Positions 47,014 through 55,654 of a DNA stretch of 55,654 bases are shown here, in pieces. The stretch's first letter is position 1; each line of letters starts with the position of its first letter. The translations under genes and the position numbers were made by a program. Location of the stretch: contig JBHIFP010000001.1 of the NCBI GenBank assembly GCA_046761145.1, positions 1 to 55,654 of the forward strand. Reading direction: 5' to 3'. This DNA is from Candidatus Hydrothermarchaeales archaeon (GTDB lineage Archaea > Hydrothermarchaeota > Hydrothermarchaeia > Hydrothermarchaeales > SZUA-236). The notes under the pieces were generated by a model, which saw only the letters and a list, made by a program, of their open reading frames with translations, did not search any database and had not been told where the DNA came from.

Positions 47014-48435
47014 ATGGATATAATGGTGATATATAAACGCATGGATATAGGTCTAAGGTTGGCCTCCGCATTTGCGGCAGGCATAATCAGTGTACTTATA
47101 ATTGGAATGATAGGTTATTGGGGCATCAGGACCGGGAACCCAAAACTTGCTCTTCCGTTGTTTTTGTTTACTATAATTGGCGTGGTGTTAGGGATTATCA
47201 ACTCGATCATAATTGCCCCTAGCATAACAAGGCCTTTGAGAGAATTAGTGGAGGAAGCAAATATAATTGCAACTGGAGATTTGAGCCGTAAACTCGAGAT
47301 AGAGACATACGACGACGAGGTGGGTGAACTGATGAACGCCATCAAGCAGATGGTCGACAACACCGCAGGGCCAGTTAGCGAACTCGGCATCATAGCTGAG
47401 GCCGTTGCTGAGGGCGACCTGACGAAGGATGTGGACATAGAGGCTCGAGGCGATATAGCAAATTTTGTCGAGTCTTTCAAAAATATGGACGAAAATTTGA
47501 TCAATGTGGTGAGGCAGATACAGGAGGCCTCTATGCAGTTGAACACGTCAGCAGAGCAACTATCGAATACTGCAGCCGATGTAAGCTCTACGACACAACA
47601 GGTTTCGACGACGATCCAAGAGATAAGCAAGGGAGCGGAATCTCAATCCAAGAATCTGGGTGATACATCAAGGGTGATGAGGGACATAGCAGTAACTATT
47701 CAGGGGGTGGCATCTACCACAAAGCAAGCCGCGGAAAGCGCGCAAATAGTCAGTCAAACCGCCATTGCGGGGAGCGATGCAGCAAGTAAGGCCGCCAAAT
47801 CTTTGGAAGAGATCGAGGAAGGCGTTACCGCTTCTGCAGAATCTGTCAGAAGCCTCGGCGAGAAGTCCAAGGAGATAGGAGAGATAACGAAGTTGATCAC
47901 CAATATTGCAGAACAGACGAATCTGCTGGCACTCAACGCCGCTATAGAGGCAGCCCGTGCCGGTGAGGCGGGCAGAGGTTTTGCGGTCGTGGCGGATGAG
48001 ATAAGGAAGTTGGCCGAGCAGTCTGCAAAAGCCAGCGAGAACATAGCCAAGCTAATATTGGATGCTCAATCCGGAACTACCATAGCTGTCAAGTCAATGG
48101 ACGAAGGGACAAAAAAACTGCGAGAGGGAGCTGATGTTGTAACTCAGGCTCTGTCTTCCCTCCAAGAGATAGCCACGGGCGTCCAAGATATAGCGAGTAG
48201 GATACAAGAGGTTTCGGTCGCTGCGCACCAAGAGTCTACAAGCGTCGAACAAATCCTCAAAAATATAGATGAAGTGGCATCTGTTGCCGAAGAGTCTGCA
48301 GCTGGGACAGAGGAAGTGGCAGCCGCCTCTGAAGAGCAGACCGCCGCCATGGAAGAGGTTGCGGCTTCAGCCGAGCAGTTATCGCGTCTAGCAAAAGAGT
48401 TGCAAAAAACGATATCTAGATTTAAATTACAGTGA
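47014..48435 (+). CDS. Methyl-accepting chemotaxis protein: TM hairpin, two HAMP-like segments, no extracytoplasmic sensor domain
   Basis: 473 aa. Two TM segments separated by about 7 residues (IRTGNPK), HAMP ([11 protein letters not shown]...GDLS) and a second GDLT segment, and a conserved signalling hairpin [38 protein letters not shown]. Confidence 0.9.
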   Translation: MDIMVIYKRMDIGLRLASAFAAGIISVLIIGMIGYWGIRTGNPKLALPLFLFTIIGVVLGIINSIIIAPSITRPLRELVEEANIIATGDLSRKLEIETYDDEVGELMNAIKQMVDNTAGPVSELGIIAEAVAEGDLTKDVDIEARGDIANFVESFKNMDENLINVVRQIQEASMQLNTSAEQLSNTAADVSSTTQQVSTTIQEISKGAESQSKNLGDTSRVMRDIAVTIQGVASTTKQAAESAQIVSQTAIAGSDAASKAAKSLEEIEEGVTASAESVRSLGEKSKEIGEITKLITNIAEQTNLLALNAAIEAARAGEAGRGFAVVADEIRKLAEQSAKASENIAKLILDAQSGTTIAVKSMDEGTKKLREGADVVTQALSSLQEIATGVQDIASRIQEVSVAAHQESTSVEQILKNIDEVASVAEESAAGTEEVAAASEEQTAAMEEVAASAEQLSRLAKELQKTISRFKLQ

Positions 48436-48461
48436 GAAAAGAATCCTGGTAGGGAAAAACC

Positions 48462-48944
48462 ATGTCCGAAGAGCAGACCGAATCTAAACCTGAAGAAACG
48501 ATCCAGTTGGTCGTATTTGGACTTGCTTCAGAAGAGTATGCATTTGACATCAGCAAAGTGCGGGAAATCGTCAGGGTTAAAGAGATAACCAGGATCCCAA
48601 ACGCCCCCAGTTACGTCAGGGGAGTTATCAACCTTAGAGGCAAAATAATAGTGGTCATCGACTTAGGGAAGAAACTCGGGCTGGAAAGTGAGTTAACTGA
48701 GAGTGCACGGATAATAGTACTGGAGATCGCAGATAGGACTGCAGGCGTCATTGTCGATTCGGTCTCAGAGGTGCTACGTCTCAACAAAGAGGGGATACAA
48801 GAACCACCTTCAGAGATAGCTGACAAGATAAACATGAAATTCCTTAAAGGGGTCTGCGTTTTGGACGAACGCCTCTTGATCATGCTCGAGCCAGATGAGA
48901 TACTGAAGGAAGAAGAGTTGGAAGACCTGAAGAAGATAAAATGA
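48462..48944 (+). CDS. cheW: Chemotaxis coupling protein CheW
   Basis: 160 aa. VVFGLASEEYAFDISKVREIV and VRGVINLRGKII signatures. Confidence 0.9.
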   Translation: MSEEQTESKPEETIQLVVFGLASEEYAFDISKVREIVRVKEITRIPNAPSYVRGVINLRGKIIVVIDLGKKLGLESELTESARIIVLEIADRTAGVIVDSVSEVLRLNKEGIQEPPSEIADKINMKFLKGVCVLDERLLIMLEPDEILKEEELEDLKKIK

Positions 48945-48985
48945 ACAAGACAAAAATATAGGAGGCGTTTAATATCGTAAAAATA

Positions 48986-49339
48986 TTGACCATTGACGAC
49001 TCAGCTTTTATGAGACAGGTGCTCAGAAACATCTTGGAAAAAGGCGGGTACAGGGACATAATAGAAGCGGATGATGGGGACACGGGAGTAGCGGCATACA
49101 GAAAATTAAAACCAGATCTGGTTTTGCTGGACATAATCATGGCCCGAGTAACGGGCATTGATGCCCTGAAACAGATAAAAGAGATCAACCCCAATGCAAA
49201 AGTAGTTATGATCACCGCTGTTGGTCAGGAGGCGATGATGAAGGAGGCTATCGCTGCAGGCGCAGACGACTATATCACCAAGCCATTTGAAGAGGAGAAG
49301 GTACTAGAGGCCATAAAGGCCGTCCTCAGTACACCATAG
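48986..49339 (+). CDS. cheY: Chemotaxis response regulator CheY
   Basis: DDSAFMR, LVLLDIIM, TAVGQ and ITKPF motifs. The only canonical start is a TTG that truncates strand beta-1 (see finding). Confidence 0.85.
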   Translation: MTIDDSAFMRQVLRNILEKGGYRDIIEADDGDTGVAAYRKLKPDLVLLDIIMARVTGIDALKQIKEINPNAKVVMITAVGQEAMMKEAIAAGADDYITKPFEEEKVLEAIKAVLSTP

Positions 49340-49364
49340 CCACGCGAGTATAGGGGTTGTTATA

Positions 49365-50393
49365 ATGATAAGAGTACTTGTGGCAGATGACTCTACTTTT
49401 ATGCGCGAGGTTATATCCGATACGCTGAACTCTGAGCCGGGTATTGAGGTAATTGGCACCGCCAAAAATGGTTTTGATGCCGTAAGAAAAACAAGGGAAT
49501 TGAAGCCAGACGTTGTCACGCTGGATGTGCAGATGCCCCTCATGGATGGGTTGGAAGCACTTACTGATATTATGGTGGGGTGTCCAACGCCAGTAGTCAT
49601 GTTGAGCGCCTTCACGAAAAAGGACGCTGATGTAGTCATTGAGTGTCTGAGGAGGGGTGCTGTCGATTTTGTTGCCAAGCCATCCGGGACGGTATCCCCT
49701 GACATAGGAGAAGTTAAGGCCGAGTTAATCGAGAAAGTAAAAATTGCCTCAAAGGCCAAGGTTCATAGGGTCGATGTTACCCCCAGAAAAATCCAAATCA
49801 AGAAATCCATACCGATTCCCATAAAAAAAGTGGTCTGCATCGGTGTCAGTACAGGGGGCCCTCCGGCCTTAGAAGAGGTCCTCACTAAGATCCCACAATA
49901 CTTCCCCGCCTGCATCCTCATCGTTCAGCATATACCGAGCTTCTTCACAGCCTTCTTGGCGAAAAGACTGGATGCCCGTAGCGCAATTATGGTAAAAGAA
50001 GCCAAAGACGGCGAATCGTTGCGTACTGGCGAGGCGTTGATAGCCCCGGGAGATTATCACATGACACTTAAGAAGAGGGGAATTAGAAAAGTGGTGTCCT
50101 TGAAAAAAAGTCCGCGGATAGATGGTCATAGGCCGAACATCAATTTGATGATGGAATCCGCAAGTGAGATCTACGGCCCAGATACAATCGGCGTTATTTT
50201 GACAGGGATGGGCAACGATGGAGTCAGGGGTATGGAGTACATAAAGATGAGGGGGGGCAGAACAATCTGTCAAGACGAATCCACATCAGTTGTCTTTGGA
50301 ATGCCAGGTGCGGTTATCAAGCAGGGCAATGTCGACAAAGTCCTACCGATAGGGGAGATTGCCCAAGAGATAATAAAGATGGTGTACGAATAA
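49365..50393 (+). CDS. cheB: Protein-glutamate methylesterase CheB
   Basis: 342 aa. Receiver domain plus methylesterase (GVSTGGP, VQHIP, GMGNDG). Confidence 0.95.
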   Translation: MIRVLVADDSTFMREVISDTLNSEPGIEVIGTAKNGFDAVRKTRELKPDVVTLDVQMPLMDGLEALTDIMVGCPTPVVMLSAFTKKDADVVIECLRRGAVDFVAKPSGTVSPDIGEVKAELIEKVKIASKAKVHRVDVTPRKIQIKKSIPIPIKKVVCIGVSTGGPPALEEVLTKIPQYFPACILIVQHIPSFFTAFLAKRLDARSAIMVKEAKDGESLRTGEALIAPGDYHMTLKKRGIRKVVSLKKSPRIDGHRPNINLMMESASEIYGPDTIGVILTGMGNDGVRGMEYIKMRGGRTICQDESTSVVFGMPGAVIKQGNVDKVLPIGEIAQEIIKMVYE

Positions 50394-52270
50394 TGGATAT
50401 AAAAAGATATATGGACAATTTCGTGAGCGAAGCAGAAGAACATCTGCAAACCCTTAATCAATCATTGTTGGAATTGGAAAAAGATCCCAGCAATGCAGAT
50501 GTAATAAATCAACTGTTTAGGTCCGCTCATACAATCAAAGGTACCTCTGCCACAATGGGGTTTAACAGGGTATCAGACCTAGCTCATGAGATGGAAGATG
50601 TCCTAGACAAACTCCGTAGCGGAGAGACAGAGGCAACCCCTGAGTTGATCGACATGCTGTTGAAGTGTGTCGATGTCCTAGAGGCTTCCATTAAAAATCT
50701 TTCTGCCGGTGGAGAGGAATTGGATACCTCTGCTACATCGAGGAAGCTCAAAGAAATCCTGTTGGGGGCTGAACCCAAAATAGAAAAGGGCCCCAACACC
50801 TTCTTGATAAAGGTCGTTTTGGACAGGGAGTGCCAGACGAAATCCGTCAGGAAGGATTTAATTTTGAGGAATCTGTCTCGGATAGGCAGGGTAATAAAGA
50901 CCGTACATGAGTCAGAAGAGGAGTTCAGTATTGGCCTTTCAACTGAGGAAAGCATGGAGAAAGTCGAAGGCGTTGTCAGATCTGTTTCAGAAATAGAGAG
51001 AGTAGAAGTCTCGGCTGTCGCTGAGGAAGGCCTAGAGGATTTGTTGCAGAAAGCTGAAGAAGTAAAAGGGGAAGAAGAGGCGAAGGAGGAGATCGGTGTC
51101 GTGGAATTGGCCAGAAAGGCCACCATTAAAAGCATCCAGAGTATCAAGGTCCCTGTGGAGCGATTGGACACTCTGGTGAACCTGACTGGGGAATTGATAA
51201 CTATAAAAAATAGGTTGAGGCAGTTGCAGGCAATGCACGATCTGGAGGCGATGAGAGGCCCCATTGATACGTTGGATAGGCTGACTAGCGATATTCAAAA
51301 CGGGGTAATGCAGGCGAGGATGATCCCGGTGGAGCACATATTCAATAGGTTCCCAAGGATGGTCAGGGATTTGGCGAGGGAGGAGAGAAAGAAGGTAAAC
51401 TTCATAGTCGAGGGTAGTGAGATCGAACTCGATAGGACCGTCTTGGACAGAATAGGGGAACCCTTGGTTCATCTGTTGAGAAATGCGGTAGACCACGGTG
51501 TAGAACCTCCGAAGGATAGAAGAGAGATGAAGAAGCCGGAGACAGGGACCATAAAATTGACGGCTCGTAGGGAAAGAGATTATGCTGTTATAGAGATATC
51601 TGACGACGGCGCAGGAATAGATGTGCAACAGATCAAAAAAGTTGCGATTGAGAAAGGCATTATCAGTAAAGAAGATGGGTCAAAGTTGGAAGATAAGGAC
51701 GCCATATGGTTGATGTTCGAGCCGGGTTTCAGTACTTCTGAAAAGGTCACTGGCGCTTCGGGTAGGGGTGTTGGATTGGATACAGTAAAGATGACCGTGG
51801 AATCACTAGGGGGCGTGGTCGACGTTGAGACAGAGGTGGGCAAAGGTTCTAAATTTACTTTGCAGCTCCCGCTTTCTCTCGCCATTATTCAGTCTTTGCT
51901 GGTCAGGGTAGGGGAGGAGACTTATGCCTTGCCGTTATCTAATGTCGGGAGGGTTGTCCATATCGGGGTTGAGGAGATAAAAACCATCCAGAATCAGAAG
52001 ACCATGCTCTTGGCCGGTGAGATCATCCCTTTGGTGGTTTTACATGAGTTATTCGATATACCCTCCAAGGGCAAAAGAGACCTCACCGTTTTGATAGTGG
52101 AAAGGGGGAGAAAGCGGATGGGATTGATCGTGGATTCTATCGTGGGGGAACAGGAGATAATCATCAAGCCATTAGACACAATGGTAAGAAAAGCCTCGTG
52201 GTTCTCCGGCACTTCGATCCTTCCGAACGGGAGGATAGTTTTGATACTCGACGCCTCTACTCTGATTTGA
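50393..52270 (+). CDS. cheA: Chemotaxis histidine kinase CheA
   Basis: 625 aa. Hpt HTIKGTSATMGF, dimerisation domain, HATPase (HLLRNAVDHG, DDGAGID, GRGVGLD) and a CheW-like P5 domain. TAATG overlap with cheB. Confidence 0.95.
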   Translation: MDIKRYMDNFVSEAEEHLQTLNQSLLELEKDPSNADVINQLFRSAHTIKGTSATMGFNRVSDLAHEMEDVLDKLRSGETEATPELIDMLLKCVDVLEASIKNLSAGGEELDTSATSRKLKEILLGAEPKIEKGPNTFLIKVVLDRECQTKSVRKDLILRNLSRIGRVIKTVHESEEEFSIGLSTEESMEKVEGVVRSVSEIERVEVSAVAEEGLEDLLQKAEEVKGEEEAKEEIGVVELARKATIKSIQSIKVPVERLDTLVNLTGELITIKNRLRQLQAMHDLEAMRGPIDTLDRLTSDIQNGVMQARMIPVEHIFNRFPRMVRDLAREERKKVNFIVEGSEIELDRTVLDRIGEPLVHLLRNAVDHGVEPPKDRREMKKPETGTIKLTARRERDYAVIEISDDGAGIDVQQIKKVAIEKGIISKEDGSKLEDKDAIWLMFEPGFSTSEKVTGASGRGVGLDTVKMTVESLGGVVDVETEVGKGSKFTLQLPLSLAIIQSLLVRVGEETYALPLSNVGRVVHIGVEEIKTIQNQKTMLLAGEIIPLVVLHELFDIPSKGKRDLTVLIVERGRKRMGLIVDSIVGEQEIIIKPLDTMVRKASWFSGTSILPNGRIVLILDASTLI

Positions 52271-52297
52271 AGATATGATTAATATCAAGTGAATACA

Positions 52298-52921
52298 ATG
52301 GAAGTCCATAAGTTTTCTGGGATGGAATTCGACACCCTAAGGGAGTTGGGGAACATAGGCGCCAACGGCGCTTGTAATTCCCTTTCTAAGATGCTTGGTG
52401 AGAGGGTGGATATACAAGTCACTAATGCACAGATAGTCGACATCGTACAGGTCCCTCGACTTGTGGGCGGTCCCGAGACCATCGTCGGGGCAATTTATGT
52501 ACGTATATTGAGCAACATCCCAGGAGCTATGTTACTGATCTTCTCAAGAGACTCTACCCTGTCTCTAGTGGACATGTTGCTCGGCAGAGATGTAGGTACT
52601 ACAAAGACTTTGCGGGAGTTGGATGAGTCGGCATTTAGAGAACTTGGAAACATCTTGATCGGTTCTTATCTTTCGGCTGTGGCAGATTTCCTCCACATCA
52701 AGATAGATCAATCCATCCCTCACATGAGCTTCGATATGGTGGGAGCTATAACGGACTTTGTAGCGATAGAGATCGCCAAATTTTCTGAGCGCGCAGTATT
52801 GATCCAAACGGAATTCAGATTTGAGAAGATCGAGGGGGATATCTTCATGATAATAGACCCAACGTCGGCCGAAGAACTCTTGAAATCCGCCCAAAAGCTA
52901 CTCGGTGGTTCGATTGGCTGA
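52298..52921 (+). CDS. cheC: CheC-family CheY-P phosphatase
   Basis: Two CheC motifs (DTLRELGNIGANGA and SAFRELGNILIGSY). The ORF track starts at the GTG at 52289. Confidence 0.85.
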   Translation: MEVHKFSGMEFDTLRELGNIGANGACNSLSKMLGERVDIQVTNAQIVDIVQVPRLVGGPETIVGAIYVRILSNIPGAMLLIFSRDSTLSLVDMLLGRDVGTTKTLRELDESAFRELGNILIGSYLSAVADFLHIKIDQSIPHMSFDMVGAITDFVAIEIAKFSERAVLIQTEFRFEKIEGDIFMIIDPTSAEELLKSAQKLLGGSIG

Positions 52922-52937
52922 AAAGATCTTTGTAAAT

Positions 52938-53378
52938 ATGGCCGAATATAAAGTGACAAAGAGCCCAAACATCCTAGTCGGCTCCGGTATAGGTTCGTGC
53001 ATCCTGATATGTCTGTATGATCCCGAGTCCAAGATCGGGGGCATGGCCCATTCGATGCTGCCCAATGGGCAAGATTATGCGGGTGGCAATTCGGCCAAAT
53101 TTGTAAATGTTGGTATCGACTTACTACTAAAGGGGATGATACGGGGGGGCGCGAAAAAATCCAAGATAGAGGCAAAGATGGTTGGAGGCGCAAAGATGTT
53201 TCCCTCCATCAGCAATCCCCAGGGAGGGGATATAGGCCGAAGAAATGCCCAATCTGCTAGAGAGAAACTCGAGAGAGAGGGGATCACCCTCGTGACAGAA
53301 GATACTGGTGGCAATCATGGGCGATCCGTTGAATTTGATGTCAGTAATGGAATTGTAACTGTCAAGATAAAATTGTAA
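52938..53378 (+). CDS. cheD: Chemoreceptor glutamine deamidase CheD
   Basis: LGSCI-type Cys (GIGSCILICLYD) and GGMAHSMLP. Start at MAEYKV; the ORF track starts at 52905. Confidence 0.9.
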   Translation: MAEYKVTKSPNILVGSGIGSCILICLYDPESKIGGMAHSMLPNGQDYAGGNSAKFVNVGIDLLLKGMIRGGAKKSKIEAKMVGGAKMFPSISNPQGGDIGRRNAQSAREKLEREGITLVTEDTGGNHGRSVEFDVSNGIVTVKIKL

Positions 53379-53467
53379 AACTGTTATTGAAAACGATATC
53401 AATGATGAAGTGGAGAGGCCAAAGATATAGGTTGTTTGGTACCGGTCGCTAAACAAAATTACGAAGA

Positions 53468-54307
53468 TTATTGAGTGGGCGAAGCCCTTTTTCTGTATAC
53501 ACGATTCTCGAGACTTATAGTTTCGAATAGTCCCGTTGTTCCATCCACGAGGGTTTCACTACCACCCAAAATGAGGTATCCCCCGAAGTTTAAGGCATCA
53601 TAAAACCGTTTGAGTAAGTCCTTCTGTTTCTCTCTATCGAGATATATCAACACATTTCTGCAGAATATGGCATCGAAATGGGATAATCTCTCGTCCGACA
53701 TCAAATCGTGTTGCCTGAATTTAACAAATTTCTTGATAATGTCCTTCACTCTTGCTTCCCCACCACTTTCGTAAACAAAATATTTATCTATATACTCTTT
53801 TTTCATATCAATGAACTTACTAGAGGCGAATACGCCAGATTTCGCCTTCTTTATAGCCTCCCCATCCACATCTGTTCCGTATATTGAGAGTATAAAATCC
53901 CTCATGTCGCTACCCAGATATTCATAAAATAGTATCGCAATTGAGTATGCCTCTTCACCCGTCGAGCAACCCGCGCTCCATACGCGGATCATTTTCGACC
54001 CCAATTCTCTCTTCCTTAAGATCAACTCTGGCAAGACTTCCTCTGCAAAAAAATTAAAGACTTCACCATCTCTAAAAAATCGGGTGACATTTACAGCAAG
54101 GGTGTCCAAAAGTTTGTTATACTCTTGGGGGGTTTTACTCAAGACCCTCATATACTCTCCATAGCTTTGGGCGCCGGTTGCCCTCAAGCGGATCTCAACT
54201 CTACGTCTTAAAAAACTCTCTTTATAAGTAGAGCAATCAAATCCTCTATCCTTGAGTATCTTCTTTTTGAGCAGTTTGAGTCCCAAGTCGGATCTTCCAT
54301 CTGCCAT
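53468..54307 (-). CDS. cheR: Chemotaxis protein methyltransferase CheR
   Basis: 279 aa. VNVTRFFRD, IRVWSAGCSTGEE and FCRNVLIY motifs. GGTGGAG upstream of the ATG. Confidence 0.9.
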   Translation of the reverse strand: MADGRSDLGLKLLKKKILKDRGFDCSTYKESFLRRRVEIRLRATGAQSYGEYMRVLSKTPQEYNKLLDTLAVNVTRFFRDGEVFNFFAEEVLPELILRKRELGSKMIRVWSAGCSTGEEAYSIAILFYEYLGSDMRDFILSIYGTDVDGEAIKKAKSGVFASSKFIDMKKEYIDKYFVYESGGEARVKDIIKKFVKFRQHDLMSDERLSHFDAIFCRNVLIYLDREKQKDLLKRFYDALNFGGYLILGGSETLVDGTTGLFETISLENRVYRKRASPTQ

Positions 54308-54329
54308 AGCTCCACCTAGCTGATATAGG

Positions 54330-54560
54330 ATAATAGTTGTAAAAGTCTATTGGCGTTGCTACATTATCTATAGAACTTCGCATTTTTAGTTAGACTCTGG
54401 CGCATACCCATACTTATCAATTTCGGTGAACTACCGCTCTTTGAAAAGGGTGGCTTCCTGCTTCAACGGCGTTCCCAACGGAAGGCCTACGGCAGGCATC
54501 AAATCGGGCAGTCCCTGCCCTACACGTTTTAGGATATTGATCGAGGAGTTGACGTCCCTG
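54330..54560 (-). ncRNA. Predicted omega/reRNA region of the TnpB element (boundaries not determined)
   Basis: In characterised TnpB elements the guide RNA scaffold overlaps the tnpB 3' end and runs into the right end. Here 123 nt of non-coding sequence with an imperfect hairpin (GTTCTA...TAGCAAC) follows the stop. Confidence 0.3.
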
Positions 54561-55594
54561 TCCATGACGAGGCCGCAGTGGGGGCACCTGTGCACCCTCT
54601 CTGAAAGCCCCTTCTCTACTATTACCTCGCAGTTGCTGCACTCCTGAGAGGTTCCGTTCGGTGCTACGAAGACCACGTGCTTGCCAGCCTCCTCCGCTTT
54701 GTAAGACGTGAAGCTTTGCAGCATGAACCAAGAGGCATCGCTTATACCCTTGGCGAGATGATGATTCCGGAGCATGTTCTTGATACGCAGGTCCTCGAAG
54801 GCTATGAGGTCGAAGCGGTTTACCAAGCTCCTCGAGAGCTTGTGCACGAAGTCCAAGCGCTGATCCCTCACCTTTCTGTGGACCCTTGCAACCTTAAGCC
54901 TCTGCCTCTTCCGGTTGCTGGAGTGTTTCTCCTTCTCGGAAAGCCTTCTCTGCTCCCTGGCGAGCTTCTCCTCGGACTTTCTGAGGAATTTTGGAGGCTC
55001 GATCTTCTCGCCGGTGCTCAGGGCAACGATGTTGGTTATCCCGACGTCCACGCCGGCAGCGATCTTGACTTCCTTTTTCATCGCAATATCGGGTAGCTCA
55101 ACGGAGAAGCAGGCGTACCATCTGTCAACATCCCTCCTAATCGTGCAGGTCTTTATCGTGCCTTCTATGGACCTGTGGAGCTTGATGTTGACTTCACCTA
55201 TCTTGGAGAGGCAGAGCTTCTTGCCCACGATGGCAAATCCAAATTGCGGGTAGGTGAAGCTGTCGTACCTACCCTTGCCCTTGAATCTCGGGTAGCCGGG
55301 CTTCTCTCCATTCTTGACCCTGCGGAAGAAGTTTCGGAAGGCCTTGTCGACTCTCCTCAACACATCCTGCAACACCTGGGAGTGGACCTCTTGCAGGCGT
55401 GGGTCGGATTCCTTCTGCGAGGGCAGGGCCACTGCCTGTTGGTGATAGTTTATGGAACGCTTCTCCTTTTTCCAAGCTACCCTGCGCTCGGCGAGGGCGT
55501 TGTTGTAGAGGATGCGGCAGGTCTCAAGGGTCTGCACCAATTTGGCTCTCTGCTCCCTATTCGGATACAGGCGGAATTTGAAGGCCTTTCTCAT
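54431..55594 (-). CDS. tnpB: TnpB (IS200/IS605-family OrfB) RNA-guided endonuclease homolog
   Basis: 387 aa. N-terminus MRKAFKFRLYPNREQ. RuvC triad candidates GVDVG, AFEDL and DRDVNSSINI. Zinc finger CSNC...CPHC. Confidence 0.9.
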   Translation of the reverse strand: MRKAFKFRLYPNREQRAKLVQTLETCRILYNNALAERRVAWKKEKRSINYHQQAVALPSQKESDPRLQEVHSQVLQDVLRRVDKAFRNFFRRVKNGEKPGYPRFKGKGRYDSFTYPQFGFAIVGKKLCLSKIGEVNIKLHRSIEGTIKTCTIRRDVDRWYACFSVELPDIAMKKEVKIAAGVDVGITNIVALSTGEKIEPPKFLRKSEEKLAREQRRLSEKEKHSSNRKRQRLKVARVHRKVRDQRLDFVHKLSRSLVNRFDLIAFEDLRIKNMLRNHHLAKGISDASWFMLQSFTSYKAEEAGKHVVFVAPNGTSQECSNCEVIVEKGLSERVHRCPHCGLVMDRDVNSSINILKRVGQGLPDLMPAVGLPLGTPLKQEATLFKER

Positions 55595-55616
55595 GCTATT
55601 AACTCTCTTCTCAAGG

Positions 55617-55635
55617 AGGACATATGTATTGTCCT
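55617..55635. repeat. Hairpin upstream of tnpB (candidate left-end subterminal structure)
   Basis: AGGACA (55617-55622) pairs with TGTCCT (55630-55635). 7-nt loop. Confidence 0.5.
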
Positions 55636-55654
55636 AGAGCGTTGGAAAAGTATT

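Larger units (their letters stand above)
54308..55654 (-). mobile_element. IS200/IS605-family (IS1341-like, tnpB-only within the window) element; ends not defined; may continue past the window edge
   Basis: tnpB plus flanking non-coding arms. A subterminal hairpin lies upstream of tnpB at 55617-55635. No Y1 tnpA is visible in the remaining 60 nt. Confidence 0.5.

Noticed and set aside
54417-55253. Several 70-140-aa ORFs inside the tnpB locus (54417..54731 -, 54677..55096 +, 54915..55253 +)
   Set aside because: All are alternative-frame or antisense overlaps of the intact 387-aa TnpB reading frame.
1-55654. Search for CRISPR arrays, rRNA genes and long tandem repeats
   Set aside because: I saw no regularly spaced direct repeats of 24-40 nt and no rRNA-like conserved blocks. 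The non-coding gaps are all under 600 nt and non-periodic by eye.

Overview
Densely coding archaeal chromosomal window. Evidence for archaeal origin: archaeal and eukaryal-type ribosomal proteins, Rpo4, aIF6, prefoldin, an RNase P protein subunit, CDP-archaeol synthase and a C1:G72 tRNA-Tyr. GGAGG/GGTGA Shine-Dalgarno-like motifs and ATGA or TGATG overlaps between genes are common. The proteins are rich in E, K and I, which suggests a thermophile; this is inference. Most of the window is housekeeping. (1) A conserved information-processing block at 3.7-12.2 kb: tRNA-Tyr, DUF655, Rpo4, L21e, SRP54, FtsY, prefoldin alpha, LX, aIF6, L31e, L39e (found by hand, too short for the ORF track), PP-loop ATPase, PDCD5-like protein, S19e, Rpp21 and tRNA-Gly. 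(2) Scattered arginine genes (argB, argJ, argC, argF plus a LOR/SDH-family gene), purine and pyrimidine genes (purD, purC, pyrE), lysine genes (dapA, dapB), thiDN, mdh, and cysS with tRNA-Cys immediately upstream. (3) A complete chemotaxis cluster at 46.8-54.3 kb: small wHTH, MCP, cheW, cheY, cheB, cheA, cheC, cheD, and cheR convergent. Accessory or unusual content: a KaiC-like ATPase, receiver and PAS-kinase module at the left edge, where one KaiC paralog has a degenerate P-loop; a 7TM protein with a P-loop-less KaiC-like (DUF835-like) domain; a 529-aa orphan wHTH protein with degenerate LAGLIDADG-like motifs, bracketed by extremely AT-rich tracts; a lipoprotein, membrane-anchored ArsR and Cys-rich lipoprotein operon; a DUF2683/RelE toxin-antitoxin pair; an L13e-HhH fusion; a structured intergenic region after thiDN; and an intact tnpB (IS200/IS605-type RNA-guided nuclease family) inserted directly upstream of cheR at the right edge. 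I saw no CRISPR array, rRNA or prophage-like block. All functional calls rest on motif recognition by eye; no database search was possible.
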